A stretch of 64,000 nt of DNA from the NCBI RefSeq assembly GCF_006345805.1, contig NC_043000.1:85188001-85252000 (forward strand), in the 5' to 3' direction. The notes under the pieces were generated by a model. The model was not told the DNA's origin and ran no database searches. It saw only the letters and a program-made list of their open reading frames with translations. The translations under genes and the position numbers were made by a program. This stretch comes from Octopus sinensis (lineage: Eukaryota). Of this stretch, positions 51,546-62,644 are shown piece by piece; positions within the stretch are counted from its first letter, which is position 1; each line of letters starts with the position of its first letter.

Positions 51546-52009
51546 GTTATTACACTGTGTAACAATTTTTTTTGTCAGTGTTATTTCTTATTTGCTTCTA
51601 TCTAGAAATCAAATGACTACTATTCCCTTCAAACTTTGTGATCTGGACATCAGTGTTTTGAAACTTACCTATTTTCCATTAGATTTCACACAGATTCAGC
51701 ACTGAGTTGCAGAAGCAGAAATATCATTGTAGTGAACATTCTGCTCAATACCACTGACTTGCTCGTCAATTGCTTGACCGTAACTGCTTGAGCATGTATT
51801 TTAGTGGTTGACAATGTGTGCATCTCTGATCATGAGCAGGAGTAATGGGAGAGCATCATAGCAATGTGTTGAGAGGGATTCATTAAGGTTTAAATAAATG
51901 TGGAAAAAAAGCAAAGTTTGAAGGAAATAGCCCTTTTTCATACTTCCTAGGAGTAAACAGATAGGAAATAACAGTTGCAAACCCAAGGATGAAAATCATG
52001 TGACACAGG

Positions 52010-52303
52010 GATATCAAAGTAGTGAGCTGGCAGAATCATTAGCAGCATTTTATCTGTTTTTTTTGTTCTGAGTTCAAACTCTGCTGAGGTTGACTTTACT
52101 TTTCATCCTTTTGGGGTTAGTGAAATAAGTACCAGTTGAACACTGGGGATGATATAATGATATAATCAACTAATTCATACACACACTCACCAAAAAATAA
52201 TTTCAGGCATTGTGCCTTAAGCACTGGGGTCAATGTAATTGATTATCCCCCTCCACCAACATTTCAGGCCTTGTGTCTGTAGTAAAAATGATTATTTATT
52301 ATT
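52010..52303 (+). mobile_element. Family B SINE with duplicated tail abutting the exon F acceptor
   Basis: GTGAGCTGGCAGAATC head; GCACTGGGG...TCAGGC(C/A)TTGTG occurs twice. Confidence 0.75.
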
Positions 52304-52315
52304 CATTCATTGCAG

Positions 52316-52554
52316 ACCATTGGATTATGAAAAACAACCTATACATAAATTTATCATCACAGCTTCTGATCTTGGAGATCCACCAAAAAGTGCAACAGCT
52401 AATGTAGAAGTGCATCTGAAAAATGTAAATAACAAATCTCCAAATATACCTGAAAATAGCACATTTCATGTAAATGAAAGAGCCCCAGTAAATACTTTTG
52501 TTGCAAAATTGAAAGTCACAGATCCTGATAAAGATAATGTATGCTTCTATTTTG
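52316..52554 (+). CDS. CadN: Cadherin exon F; phase 2 to 1
   Basis: TTGCAG| PLDYEKQPIHKFIITASDLGDPPKS...VTDPDKDNVCFYF G|GTAAGA. Confidence 0.95.
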
Positions 52555-52639
52555 GTAAGAATTTAATTTTTATTCCCTTTCTTTCATAAAATTTTCAAAA
52601 AAGATTAAATTTTTCTTTCTCTAGGAGAATGAGGTTTTA

Positions 52640-55600
52640 TTTATTTATTTTTTTTTTTTTTAAGAATATTTTTTGAACATCTAAACTCACTTAAATAGAG
52701 AATATTAAAAAGCTGTGGGCCCCTGAAACCCAGGCTGTTGTAGTAACTGGTCTTGAAGTGCGATGGCATTGCTGAGATCTTTGGCACTATGCAGTGTCGA
52801 CCCATTGACACAATTCCTTCCAGGATCTTCCATATGTATATTACTGCATACCTCTCCTGCCTTCGCTTCACGGAGAAGAGTCTTAGCTGTTTCAGCCTTT
52901 CCCAGTAGCTGAGCTGTTGCAATGAGATGATCTTCTTTGTGAAGCTTCACTGGATTGCTTCAAGGTCCGCTGTTAATTTTACACTGTTGAGTGACCATAG
53001 CTGGGAGTAGTAATCCAGGTAGCTGAGGACGAACGTCCTCCAGAGGACCATCATGGCTTCCTTATCTCTGGTTCTGAATGTTCTCAGGATCCATCCAGCC
53101 AGCTGTCTGCACTTTGTCGCCATCCTGGTAATGTGCACTTGGAAAGAGGTATCATCACGCATGTCAATGCCCTGGTCCCTTACTGATTTAGGCTCTGGGA
53201 TTGTAATTCCCTGTGGACCAGTGTATCCTGTAAGTTTCATATTAAGTTTTGGAAGCTCGTAGCTCAGGGCTTGGAATTGTTCACCATTAAACTGTATATT
53301 ATTATTCTCAGCCCATCTGTAAATTGAGTCCAACTCCTACTGCAGATGTGCAACATCGCTGGGGTTCTGTATTTTCTGCAAGACTTTCATATCATCTGCA
53401 TAGCTAGCAAGGGTGGCTATATTGGCAATTGAGGGCATATCTGAGAGGGCCACTATGAAAAGCAGTGGTCCCCAGAGACTGCCCTGTGGAACACCACTCA
53501 CTATTTGTATTTTCATTGAGGTGACTCCATTGGCCACTACTGCCTGACTTTCAGAAAGTCATGTAACCACTCTCCAAATTTTCCAGCTATGCCGAGATCA
53601 CGCAATTTGTGGTATACCATGATCCATTTCGTCAAAAGCTTTTGCAAAATCAAGGTATATTACGTCCACATTTGATTTGTTGAGTAACTGCCTCAACACC
53701 CAGTCATAATGTTGTAAGAGCTGAGTCAGGCAGCTCCTACCTGGTCAAAAGCCATGCTGGGTATTACTCAGTAAGTTATTTTCTTCAAGGAATGTGATTA
53801 GTTTGCCTCTGACTATCTGTTCCATGACTTTGCTGATGTGGGAAGTCAAAGAGATAGGCCTGTAGTTTTTGGCATTTGCTCTGCTTCCCCCTTTATGGAT
53901 TGGGCATATTACTCCCTCCTTCCGTTTGCTTGGCAGTCTGTCATTTGCAAGAAAGCTCTGGAAGAGAATCTGGAGGGGTTTTGCCAGGGCACGCTTACAT
54001 GATTTAAAGAAGATTGCTGGGAAACCATCAGGACCAGCAGTTGAGTTTGCGTGCACCTCATCTATGGCTAGTAGTATATCTTCTTTGCTAATTTCAATGT
54101 ATCCCATCGTAACTGCCTTGCTGGTTATAGGTGAGGTGGCAAAGAAGTCCACTGGTTCGTTCACTTGTCTGTGTTCCAGCGGGGTGGTAAAGACACTTTT
54201 GAACTGGTCATTCAGTACCTCACTGATCCTGGTTGGACTGAGGGAGCTACCTCTTTTGGAAGAGGGGTCCTATCTTGCAGTGTACTGAGGTTGTTTCTTT
54301 CGCATAATGAAAGAAGGCCTTTGGGTTTGACTTAATGTTTTTTTATAACCCAGGCTTCTTTGTCTGCTCTCTCCCTCACATTGTTGCAGGCTTTTTTCAA
54401 TCTCCATCAGTGTTTTTTAGGCGGGACCTTTCACTACTTTTGGGATGTTGGTGGAGGCCATTTGCAACCTTCGTCCGTTGTCTCATGAGGATCTTCCTCT
54501 CCCTTGGAATCTTGTTCCTATTTGTTTTAGCCTTGTACTCTGGGACATATTTCTGGCATATGCCTTGCATAACAGACATGAAATATTTTAGCTTCATGCC
54601 AGTGTCTGGTGTGGAGACATTTCTGTCAGTCCTGTCTGAGGATCTCTTTTTGGATCGATTTCCAGTCTGTTTTGTGGAAGTTCAGATTGGAGAGATTTCG
54701 GGTGCTTCCTTTAGGCTCTATGTCTCTGGCTACTTTTGGCCCAGACATAGACAGCTCTATTATGTTGTGATCCAAGACCAATGTCAGCATCACTTTCATT
54801 GTTTGTGAAGCAGAGGTCCAAAATGTTATTTGCCCTAGTTGGTCTGAGTACAACTTGCTCCATGTATTGGGTATTGGTGAGGTTGAGCAGGGACCCCACC
54901 TGTGCTTGTTTGCAATGAGTCATTCCTGAGAGCATGACGCCTTTGGGCCATTTGATGTCGGAGAAGTTGAAATCACCCATAAGAAATATGCTCATGTGGT
55001 GTTCCAGTTTCATGAGGATTTCTTTAATTCTTGTGAGGCAATCTTCAAATGTGCATATGTGGTTTGGGGCATCCAGTGGACAATATGTATTGCATTTGAC
55101 TATATTGTGTTGTCTTATGTATACAATTAATGTCACATACTGAATGTGAATATGACTATAAGACCTGGGGTGTGAGGTCATCACGGATGTATACAGCAAT
55201 TCCACCATGGCTCCTTTCCCTTCTGTCTGTTTGCAGTATGGCATATTTTGGTACGTGTACTTCTGCATTCTTTATATCAGGGCTGAGGTGAGTTTCCACG
55301 AGCGCTATGCATAAGGCTTGATTCTATCCTTTGCTTTTATTATGATGCAACAGGCCCCCAATATTTAGTAAAAAATACTGGCATGACTACTATGCAGGCA
55401 TTAGGGGAAGCCATTCCGTGTCTGTTGACTGTGATATTCTTGCGCAATGATGGACAAGGTTTTTTGTTTGTGCTTGGTGTAGCCAGGTCAGCTGCTGCAC
55501 AAAAGACTCTTGCTCAACTGCTGCCTTGTACATAACCTCTGAAGAGTGCACTTTTTTTGTATACTTTGGAGACGTTTGTCTTTCCTCAGAGAAGTTTTTC

Positions 55601-55690
55601 TCCTTAAGGCCTCTGTAGTTTTGGTGGGGAGTCTCGGGTGAACAAACTGGCAGTTTTTGCCGTCTTCCCCATGCCAACATTTGCCTTGCA
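52640..55690 (-). mobile_element. Near-full-length, frameshifted CR1/Jockey-type LINE (APE endonuclease + RT)
   Basis: APE motifs MGDFN, NILDLCFTN, DHNII; RT motifs NYRPISLTSHISKVMEQI, GVPQGS.LGPLLF, YADD; broken into at least six ORF pieces. Confidence 0.92.
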
Positions 55691-55828
55691 GGTAAAATCA
55701 AAGCGACGAAAATATTTTGGCAAATTAAATTTAAATGTTGAAGGGAATCTAACGGTTTTTGTGTGTTTCTTAAACGGCTTATAAACACCTTCCACGCTGC
55801 AATTGTTTATATATATTTACATATATTT

Positions 55829-55866
<38 letters not shown>

Positions 55867-55892
55867 TCACACACACACACATATATATATTT

Positions 55893-56430
55893 GTATTTTT
55901 TTTAATCTAGTTTCAGCTAACAAGCTGTGGCCATGCTGGGGCACCACCATTTGGTGTTGCTACATAATTTTACTTCATGAATGCTTTTTAGGAATTGACA
56001 TTTGGGAGTTTGATGCTGCTGCCCTCATCTGTACCTCCTGCCATGAAGTTGGTTCATCTGGGACACTTCTCAGTAAGAGGTCCAGCTTTATTTTGAAGAC
56101 ACCTACATCCACCCCATTCAGGTCTCTCAGGTCCTTCAGGTGGATATTAAAGAACTGTGGTCCTCTGAAGCCCAGGCTATTACAGTATCTTGTCCTATAT
56201 CTTGATGGCAAATTTGGAGTCCTTGGCACTATGCAGTGGTGCCCAGTTCTAGTATTGGTGTAACTCTCAATGCCAAAGTTTGAGACAAATCCTTCCAGAT
56301 GTATATTATGGCATATTTTTCTTGCCTACGGTCTAAGGAATAGTCTTAATCTCTTGAGTCTTTCCCAGTAGCTTATATGCTGCATAGAGGCTATCTTCTT
56401 TGTGTAGCTTTGTTGGATTGCTTCAAGTTC
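55893..56430 (-). mobile_element. Second copy of the same LINE family: 3' end only
   Basis: YCNSLGFRGPQFFN...KLDLLLRSVPDEP; 3' UTR stem-loop and A-rich tail. Confidence 0.88.
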
Positions 56431-56436
56431 TGAGAA

Positions 56437-56543
56437 GGAGATATATTTAAGAATTTACAAAAAATTGTAGAGGAATAACTGACCTAGAAAGACAGACCAG
56501 TTATTCCTCTACAAATTTTTTGTAAATTCTTAAATACATCTCC
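56437..56543. repeat. Hairpin, 45/46-bp arms, 16-nt loop
   Basis: 56437-56481 versus 56498-56543: one substitution and one indel. Confidence 0.9.
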
Positions 56544-57156
56544 TGTGTATATTTATACTACCAAACAAACATGATTTTTATTGAACTCAAAATACTTTTT
56601 GGAGTCCTGTTCTGATTACTTTCTTAAAAACTTTCTTGTGAACTGTTTTTAACATTTTCTTATTATCAAAGAATGTATATCTGTATTTTAATACTTTTGT
56701 GATAACTAATACTTAACACAACAAAGCTCATACAAAGCTTTACATTTGACTTTTGACAATCTTTTTCTAAAAAAAGTAAAACCGGTCAAGTGAATAAACA
56801 TCTTTAAATTTGCATTTTCAAACCTTCTTTCATATATATATTTTTTCACTCAGTTTAATACTTCTTAATATAAGATATTAACATCATTATTAATTTTATT
56901 CTTATTCTAATTTTGACATTGAAATTGTGATGTTGATAATACAGCTATTGTTTTCCATTGTTTATTAGATTCTCTTCATAATTACTTCATGTCGAGTCTA
57001 CCATTCTCATTGGTTACATAACATAAATGTTTTACCTTAATATTTTACAATCAGCATGATTGTTTTTTGCTCCCCACCTTCTTTTACTATAAACTACAGC
57101 ATTTTTCTTACTAAAGCGATTGTTTTGTTAATTGTTTTTTTTGTATTTTATTTCAG

Positions 57157-57434
57157 GAAACTTTAAAAATACATATGAAATGTTTGCTATTGATAAAAGG
57201 CTAGGAATTATCACTGTGAGATCTGATCTTTCCAATGCTAAAGAAATGTATGTAATAAATATAACAGCGACTGATGAACAGTGCTGCTGTGAAAAGTCTC
57301 CTCCTCACACCTCTTATGGCAGTATAACCATATATGTTGAAGATGTTAATAACAACAAGCCTAAGTTTTCTGAATGCAGTTCTTATAACACAAGTATTAA
57401 AGAAGATATCAGTCTGAATTCATTTATCATTCAG
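57157..57434 (+). CDS. CadN: Cadherin exon G; phase 1 to 0
   Basis: TTTCAG| ...FAIDKRLGII...ATDEQCCCEKSPPHTS...EDVNNNKPKFSECSSY... CAG|GTAAAT. Confidence 0.95.
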
Positions 57435-58277
57435 GTAAATTGCATTTTTTAAATTTCATTGTAAAATGCTATTTAATTACAATAAAGCTACCCAGTTTCA
57501 ATTTTGATTGAAAAACAAGATAGTAAGAGTAACTATTAAGAGAAAAATTAGATTTTTTTATGTAAATAAGCAGAAATATGTTTGATTTTACAATTATAGA
57601 AGGAAATATGAACTACTCTATTACCCCTTTTCATGTGTCTGTTCAGCTTGTAAAACAACTGAGTCAGTGATGGTGCTGTTTTACGCACTGTCCATTGCGA
57701 AAGCATGTTAGGTGAGGCATTTGATATGTTTTAAGAAAATGGTTCATTCAGTCAGTGTTATGTGTTCTCAATTCTCCACATAAACATATCTGGGCTGTTT
57801 GTTGTTCAGTAGACGGGAAGATTATTACTTTGCTTAAAAACAAGTGGTTACAGGAAGGACATCCAGCCATAAAAAAACTCTGCCTAAACATGGATCTTAT
57901 CTGATCCATGAAAGCATGAAAAAGTAGACATTAAATGACACCTGAACAAGTACAGTTTGTGGATACACTCGGTTCATTTTCAGTGAAAGGATTATTTGGT
58001 TTACTTTTATTTATTCTAGGCACTCATTTTTATGTCTACTTTTCTAAGCTTGCATGGGGTCAGATTTCATTAAGACAGAATTTATTACAACCAGATGCTC
58101 TTCATGTTGCTAAAGCTCACCTACTTCCAAGCAAGGTATTTTTTCTCCATGGCTGGACTTGTTTCCATGGAAGACTGGAAATGAATAATACAACTTGTAT
58201 GATGATGATACTTGTTTACAACTGTCACATAAGGTCAAAACAAGGCAACACACATACAATGTGTGTGTGTGTGTGTG

Positions 58278-58316
<39 letters not shown>

Positions 58317-59419
58317 GACATCATGAGGGATGGCAGATTGTCTTGTATTCACACCTATAGGTCTGTATATGAGAATTACCATTGGAGTAAAATGAAAACA
58401 TTACTAAAACTATAGATTGGCTGTCTGTGATGTATGGATGCCAATCTTAGGAAAATTATAATTAAAATAATAGGTGATATTAGAGTAAAAATGCTGCATG
58501 TTGATTGGATGATGAATTAAGTTAATTTTGATTATATGAATGTATATGTGTTGTAAAAAACATACAGGTCTTGATGATGTGTACAGCTATGGTGAATGGT
58601 AGACAGTTTGAATTTGTCATTGTGTGGTGTGCAGTAGATAATGCATCCATTGTATTTATGATTTATATCATATTAAATAAATTAGTATTTAATTGTTAAT
58701 ACTAACAACTTAGCCAAGCGGCTTAGAAAATAATTTTTGGTGGATATTATAATAAAATTTTTTTTTTTTAATATATTGTGCACAGGTGTTGTTGACATAA
58801 TATACTGCTACTGTGTTATGTAAACAGACTGAATTTCATCATGGTCATGTGGTACATAGTTAAGTAACTATGATTTATGTTATAAAAATAAAAATTTATT
58901 ATTTAATTATTAATACTAGAGGTTATAACTAGGTGACTTGCAATATAATTCTTAAGTGATTAAAAAACTTTGACATTTCATACATTCATAAGTAATAATG
59001 AAAATTAGGAATAAATGTTTTTGATTACAATCAACTGTATCAAAATATTGTTTAGGCAACTTAACGGCACCTTTGTTTTTCAACACATTAACACGTGCAT
59101 GTGCACAAATAAATTAAAACAATGTTGCATATACCCAAGTAACGGTTTTTTTTAAAACCACATGAGAATGCACAAGCGCACATATCTGAATTTAATGCAG
59201 AGTCTAGCAATGATATATCAACATATTGGGATGTAGTTCCTTTTTCTATCAAGTTCTGACCCTGACAAAATGTTCAGTTAACTATATTCAATATGAATCT
59301 TAAGTTTTTCTAATTGTTTGATTGTACAGGGAAACAATTGTAGGTTCTATGCATTTGATATTCAACAAAATCGGATTTGTTTAAAAAAATTGAGGTCTAT
59401 GTCAATTTCTCAATTTTCT

Positions 59420-59478
59420 TTCCTTATATACACACATATATATAAATATACACACACACACACACACATATATATATG

Positions 59479-59576
<98 letters not shown>

Positions 59577-59770
59577 TATAAATATATATACATATATATA
59601 CACACACACATTTATATATAAATATGCATACATATATATACACATATATATATATATATATATACATATATACACACACACACACATTTATATATAAATA
59701 TACATACATATATATCATCATCATCATCATCGTTTAACGTCCGATACACACACACACACACACACATATA
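59420..59770. repeat. Compound (TA)n/(CA)n microsatellite
   Basis: Direct inspection. Similar tracts at 26438-26485, 35060-35160, 55805-55890, 58260-58315 and 60240-60310. Confidence 0.95.
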
Positions 59771-60256
59771 TTAAAAATGGAGAAGAGATGCTAAAATTTA
59801 GGACTCCCATTCTTTATTATGATGCTCTCAGTTTTCATAAGGATAAATATGTATATCCAAAATTGTTCTATGCTATTTCCTTCATCAAGTCCTCTGTAAT
59901 AATAATTTTTTGTTTATACTTCTTGCACTTAGGAGAGCAGTGATATGTAATCAAGTTATTCTACCATGAATGTACATGTTTTAAAATTGTTGTTTGAAAC
60001 GATTGTATGCATATATTAAAATTCTTTCAAATTTTAACATTTTCTCTTCTCCATTTTTAACAAATTTGTTCTACTGGATACCTTTCCATAAATTCTAACA
60101 CGCCATATACAAGTATTATTTACATATTCGCAAACTTACACCAGTAGGCTACCAGCAAAATATGAAGAATCTTTATTGGAAATCGCTTTTTTGGAACCCT
60201 CCAAATTAAAGGATGAAATATAATTCCATCTTTTCACATATATATATAAATATATT

Positions 60257-60307
<51 letters not shown>

Positions 60308-60311
<4 letters not shown>

Positions 60312-60443
60312 TCATCATCGTTTAACGTCCGTTTTCTGCGCTAGCACAGGTTGGACGGTTCGACCGGGGTCTGGGAAGCCAGGGGCTTCTCCAGGCTCCA
60401 GTCTGATCTGGCAGAGTTTCTACGGCTGGATGCCCTTCCTAAC

Positions 60444-60446
<3 letters not shown>
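60308..60446 (-). mobile_element. Young 5'-truncated RTE 3' tail inserted in (TA)n
   Basis: Matches 44935-45083; (TA)n on both sides. Confidence 0.85.
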
Positions 60447-60478
<32 letters not shown>

Positions 60479-60481
<3 letters not shown>

Positions 60482-61048
60482 AGATAAGAAAATGGAGAAA
60501 TACATCTAAATCAAATATCAATTACCAGATAATACTCAATCACATATTTTATTAAACCACCACATAAGAGACTTTAGGGTTAAACATAAAAAAGCAGAAA
60601 AAATCAGTGTACATAGAGGAATGTACATAAAAGAGTGATGTTATATAATAAGTAGAATATATATAAAAAAGAGAATATACATATAAGTAAATATAAATAT
60701 AAGTATAGATTACATCTTACAGCTGTTTCGGCCATGTAGATAAGTATGTCTCATTTTACCAATATTGGCCTTAATGAGACATACTTATCTACATGGCCGA
60801 AACAGCTGTAAGATGTAATCTATACTTATATTTATATTTACTTATATGTATATTCTCTTTTTTATATATATTCTACTTATTATATAACATCACTCTTTTA
60901 TGTACATTCCTGTATGTACACTGATTTGTTCTGCTTTTTATGTTTAACCCTACAGTCTCTTATGCGGTGGTTTAATAAAATGTGTGATTGAGTATTATCT
61001 GGTAATTGATATTTGATTTAGATGTATTTCTCCATTTTCTTATCTTGT
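60479..61048. repeat. 570-bp near-perfect palindrome (277/276-bp arms, 17-nt loop)
   Basis: By eye about 5 substitutions and 1 indel, all in the outer part; the centre carries GGCCGAAACAGCTGTA. Confidence 0.95.
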
Positions 61049-61459
61049 ATTAGTAATTTGTGGTAAATCATTTTACCTTTGCCCATATAATACAGTAAAT
61101 GAATTGATTGCATCGCAATCCTTAACATTTATGTATTAACTTTGTTGGGTACTTCACTAGCAGTATATTGGATATATGTTATCTCATGGAGGGTTGCATT
61201 TACAACCCCTATCTCAATTTGTATATATATATATATATATATATTTTGTGAAATAGAAAGATGAATAATCTTGTTGCAGATTAATCAAAAGTTTAACCGA
61301 TACCTTGGTAGCAAAAATCACAGCAGAAGACAGCACGGTTGGAGGTACAACCATATGGTGTTGCAACCATGCGTTGGTGCGGATAATTGAATTTTAATAT
61401 TATTGGTGAATTGAAGAAATGGAGTTGAACGAAGATTGAACAGAAATCGTTTTATTGCA

Positions 61460-61539
61460 TTCTACACGTGTTTCGAAAGCCACAATTTACCAAATTCCGA
61501 TTGAATAAGGAGACCATATTGTGTCTTTCTCTTCAGGAA
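61460..61539 (-). ncRNA. Minimal type-I hammerhead ribozyme (Penelope-like element type)
   Basis: Minus strand: CTTC-CTGAAGA-GAAAGACACAAT-[31 nt]-ATTGTGGCTTTC-GAAAC-ACGT-GTA^GAATGC-AATAAA. Core intact, stem II 11/12 bp, stem I 3 bp, palindromic stem III loop. Confidence 0.8.
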
Positions 61540-61840
61540 GAAATAGGAAATCCGTTGGAAAAAACAAAAACAGAACAGAGGCGGAGCAAAACAAATCGAA
61601 CGAGGCTCCTAAGAGCCCATGGCCAAACTGTTTATCAATGTATGTTGAAAACGGGTGGTGGGTGCGTTGAAGATTTTAACAGGTCAGGCAGCAGTCATTC
61701 CGGTGGGTGAGAGCACGGGGTGCTTAGATGTTCTTTGTGACCGAGACTAAAGTTCTGACTATTTAAAGAATATTAGGTGTATTATATGGGGCGAGACAAA
61801 ATCTACTTAGAAACATGTGTGTGTGTACTGTTCTATATAT

Positions 61841-62027
61841 GCGCGGCCGCAAGTTGGTAAGAAGCGCTACACTCTGGTCACTGCTGAGAAATCCGTCAGG
61901 GGGTAGAAAATATTTTATGTGTTCGTATGTGCGTTTGATCGCGCGGCCGTCAGTTGGTAAACAGCCCTACACAATGGTCACTGCTGTAAAATCCGTCAGG
62001 CGGCAGAAAAATATTTTATGTGTGCGT
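61841..62027. repeat. Two CpG-rich units with an exact 100-bp period
   Basis: GCGCGGCCG...GTTGGTAA...TGGTCACTGCTG...AATCCGTCAGG at 61841 and 61941. Confidence 0.85.
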
Positions 62028-62125
62028 CTCCCAGGAGTAATTCCCCTTGCAATGGTTAATCATATTTCTCTTAAAAGCTTTTTCAAAATTTATTTCCAAG
62101 GGCTATTTTCATATAAGTAGTGTAA

Positions 62126-62303
62126 CCGGGTGCAGGTATTATTTATAAGCGTTATTTATAAGCAAGATAAGTATAACGCCGCCAATGGGGGCATCGAAAA
62201 GCCGACTGTAAAAGTCCGTTTACCATCCGGTCTCTGGCAAACAATATATGGAAGAGTTCGGAGACACAAAGGTTGCACGCTTATAAATAATACCTGCACC
62301 CGG
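62126..62303. mobile_element. 178-bp MITE-like element with perfect 27-bp TIRs
   Basis: CCGGGTGCAGGTATTATTTATAAGCGT (62126-52) and its exact reverse complement (62277-303); AA on both sides. Confidence 0.8.
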
Positions 62304-62644
62304 AATGTGGATGGTTAATCAAATTAATACGTTTGTCAATGTTATCTAGTAATTGTCTTTTGAGATATAACATCGATCATCATTTGTTACTGAAAGAACA
62401 CTAGCTCACACATACAATCAACCACATACTTCCTTTGTACATGCACATACATACATATACTCACAGTGTTGAAATATTGATTTGTTTTTTCACCCTTGCC
62501 TTCTTTATTCATCTATCACCCCTTCCTTTCTCATGTTGTGATGGAGAAAGACACAAGAGTATTATTATAGTAGATTATTGAAAGCCTTTGAAGTTTATGA
62601 AAGTTAGCTTTTTTAATTCCCTTTTCTTTTTATATATTAAATAG

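Noticed and set aside
52538-52544. Alternative donor AAT|GTATGC for exon F
   Set aside because: Phase 0 would frameshift exon G; the phase-1 donor at 52554 fits and keeps the VxFxF strand.
59402-59730. Several 70-106 aa ORFs (also 9898, 15586, 26385, 34909, 57935)
   Set aside because: Translations of (TA)/(CA) microsatellites ([12 protein letters not shown]); not coding.
60756-60812. Second functional hammerhead in the palindrome
   Set aside because: The CUGANGA core is missing; reported only as a relic.
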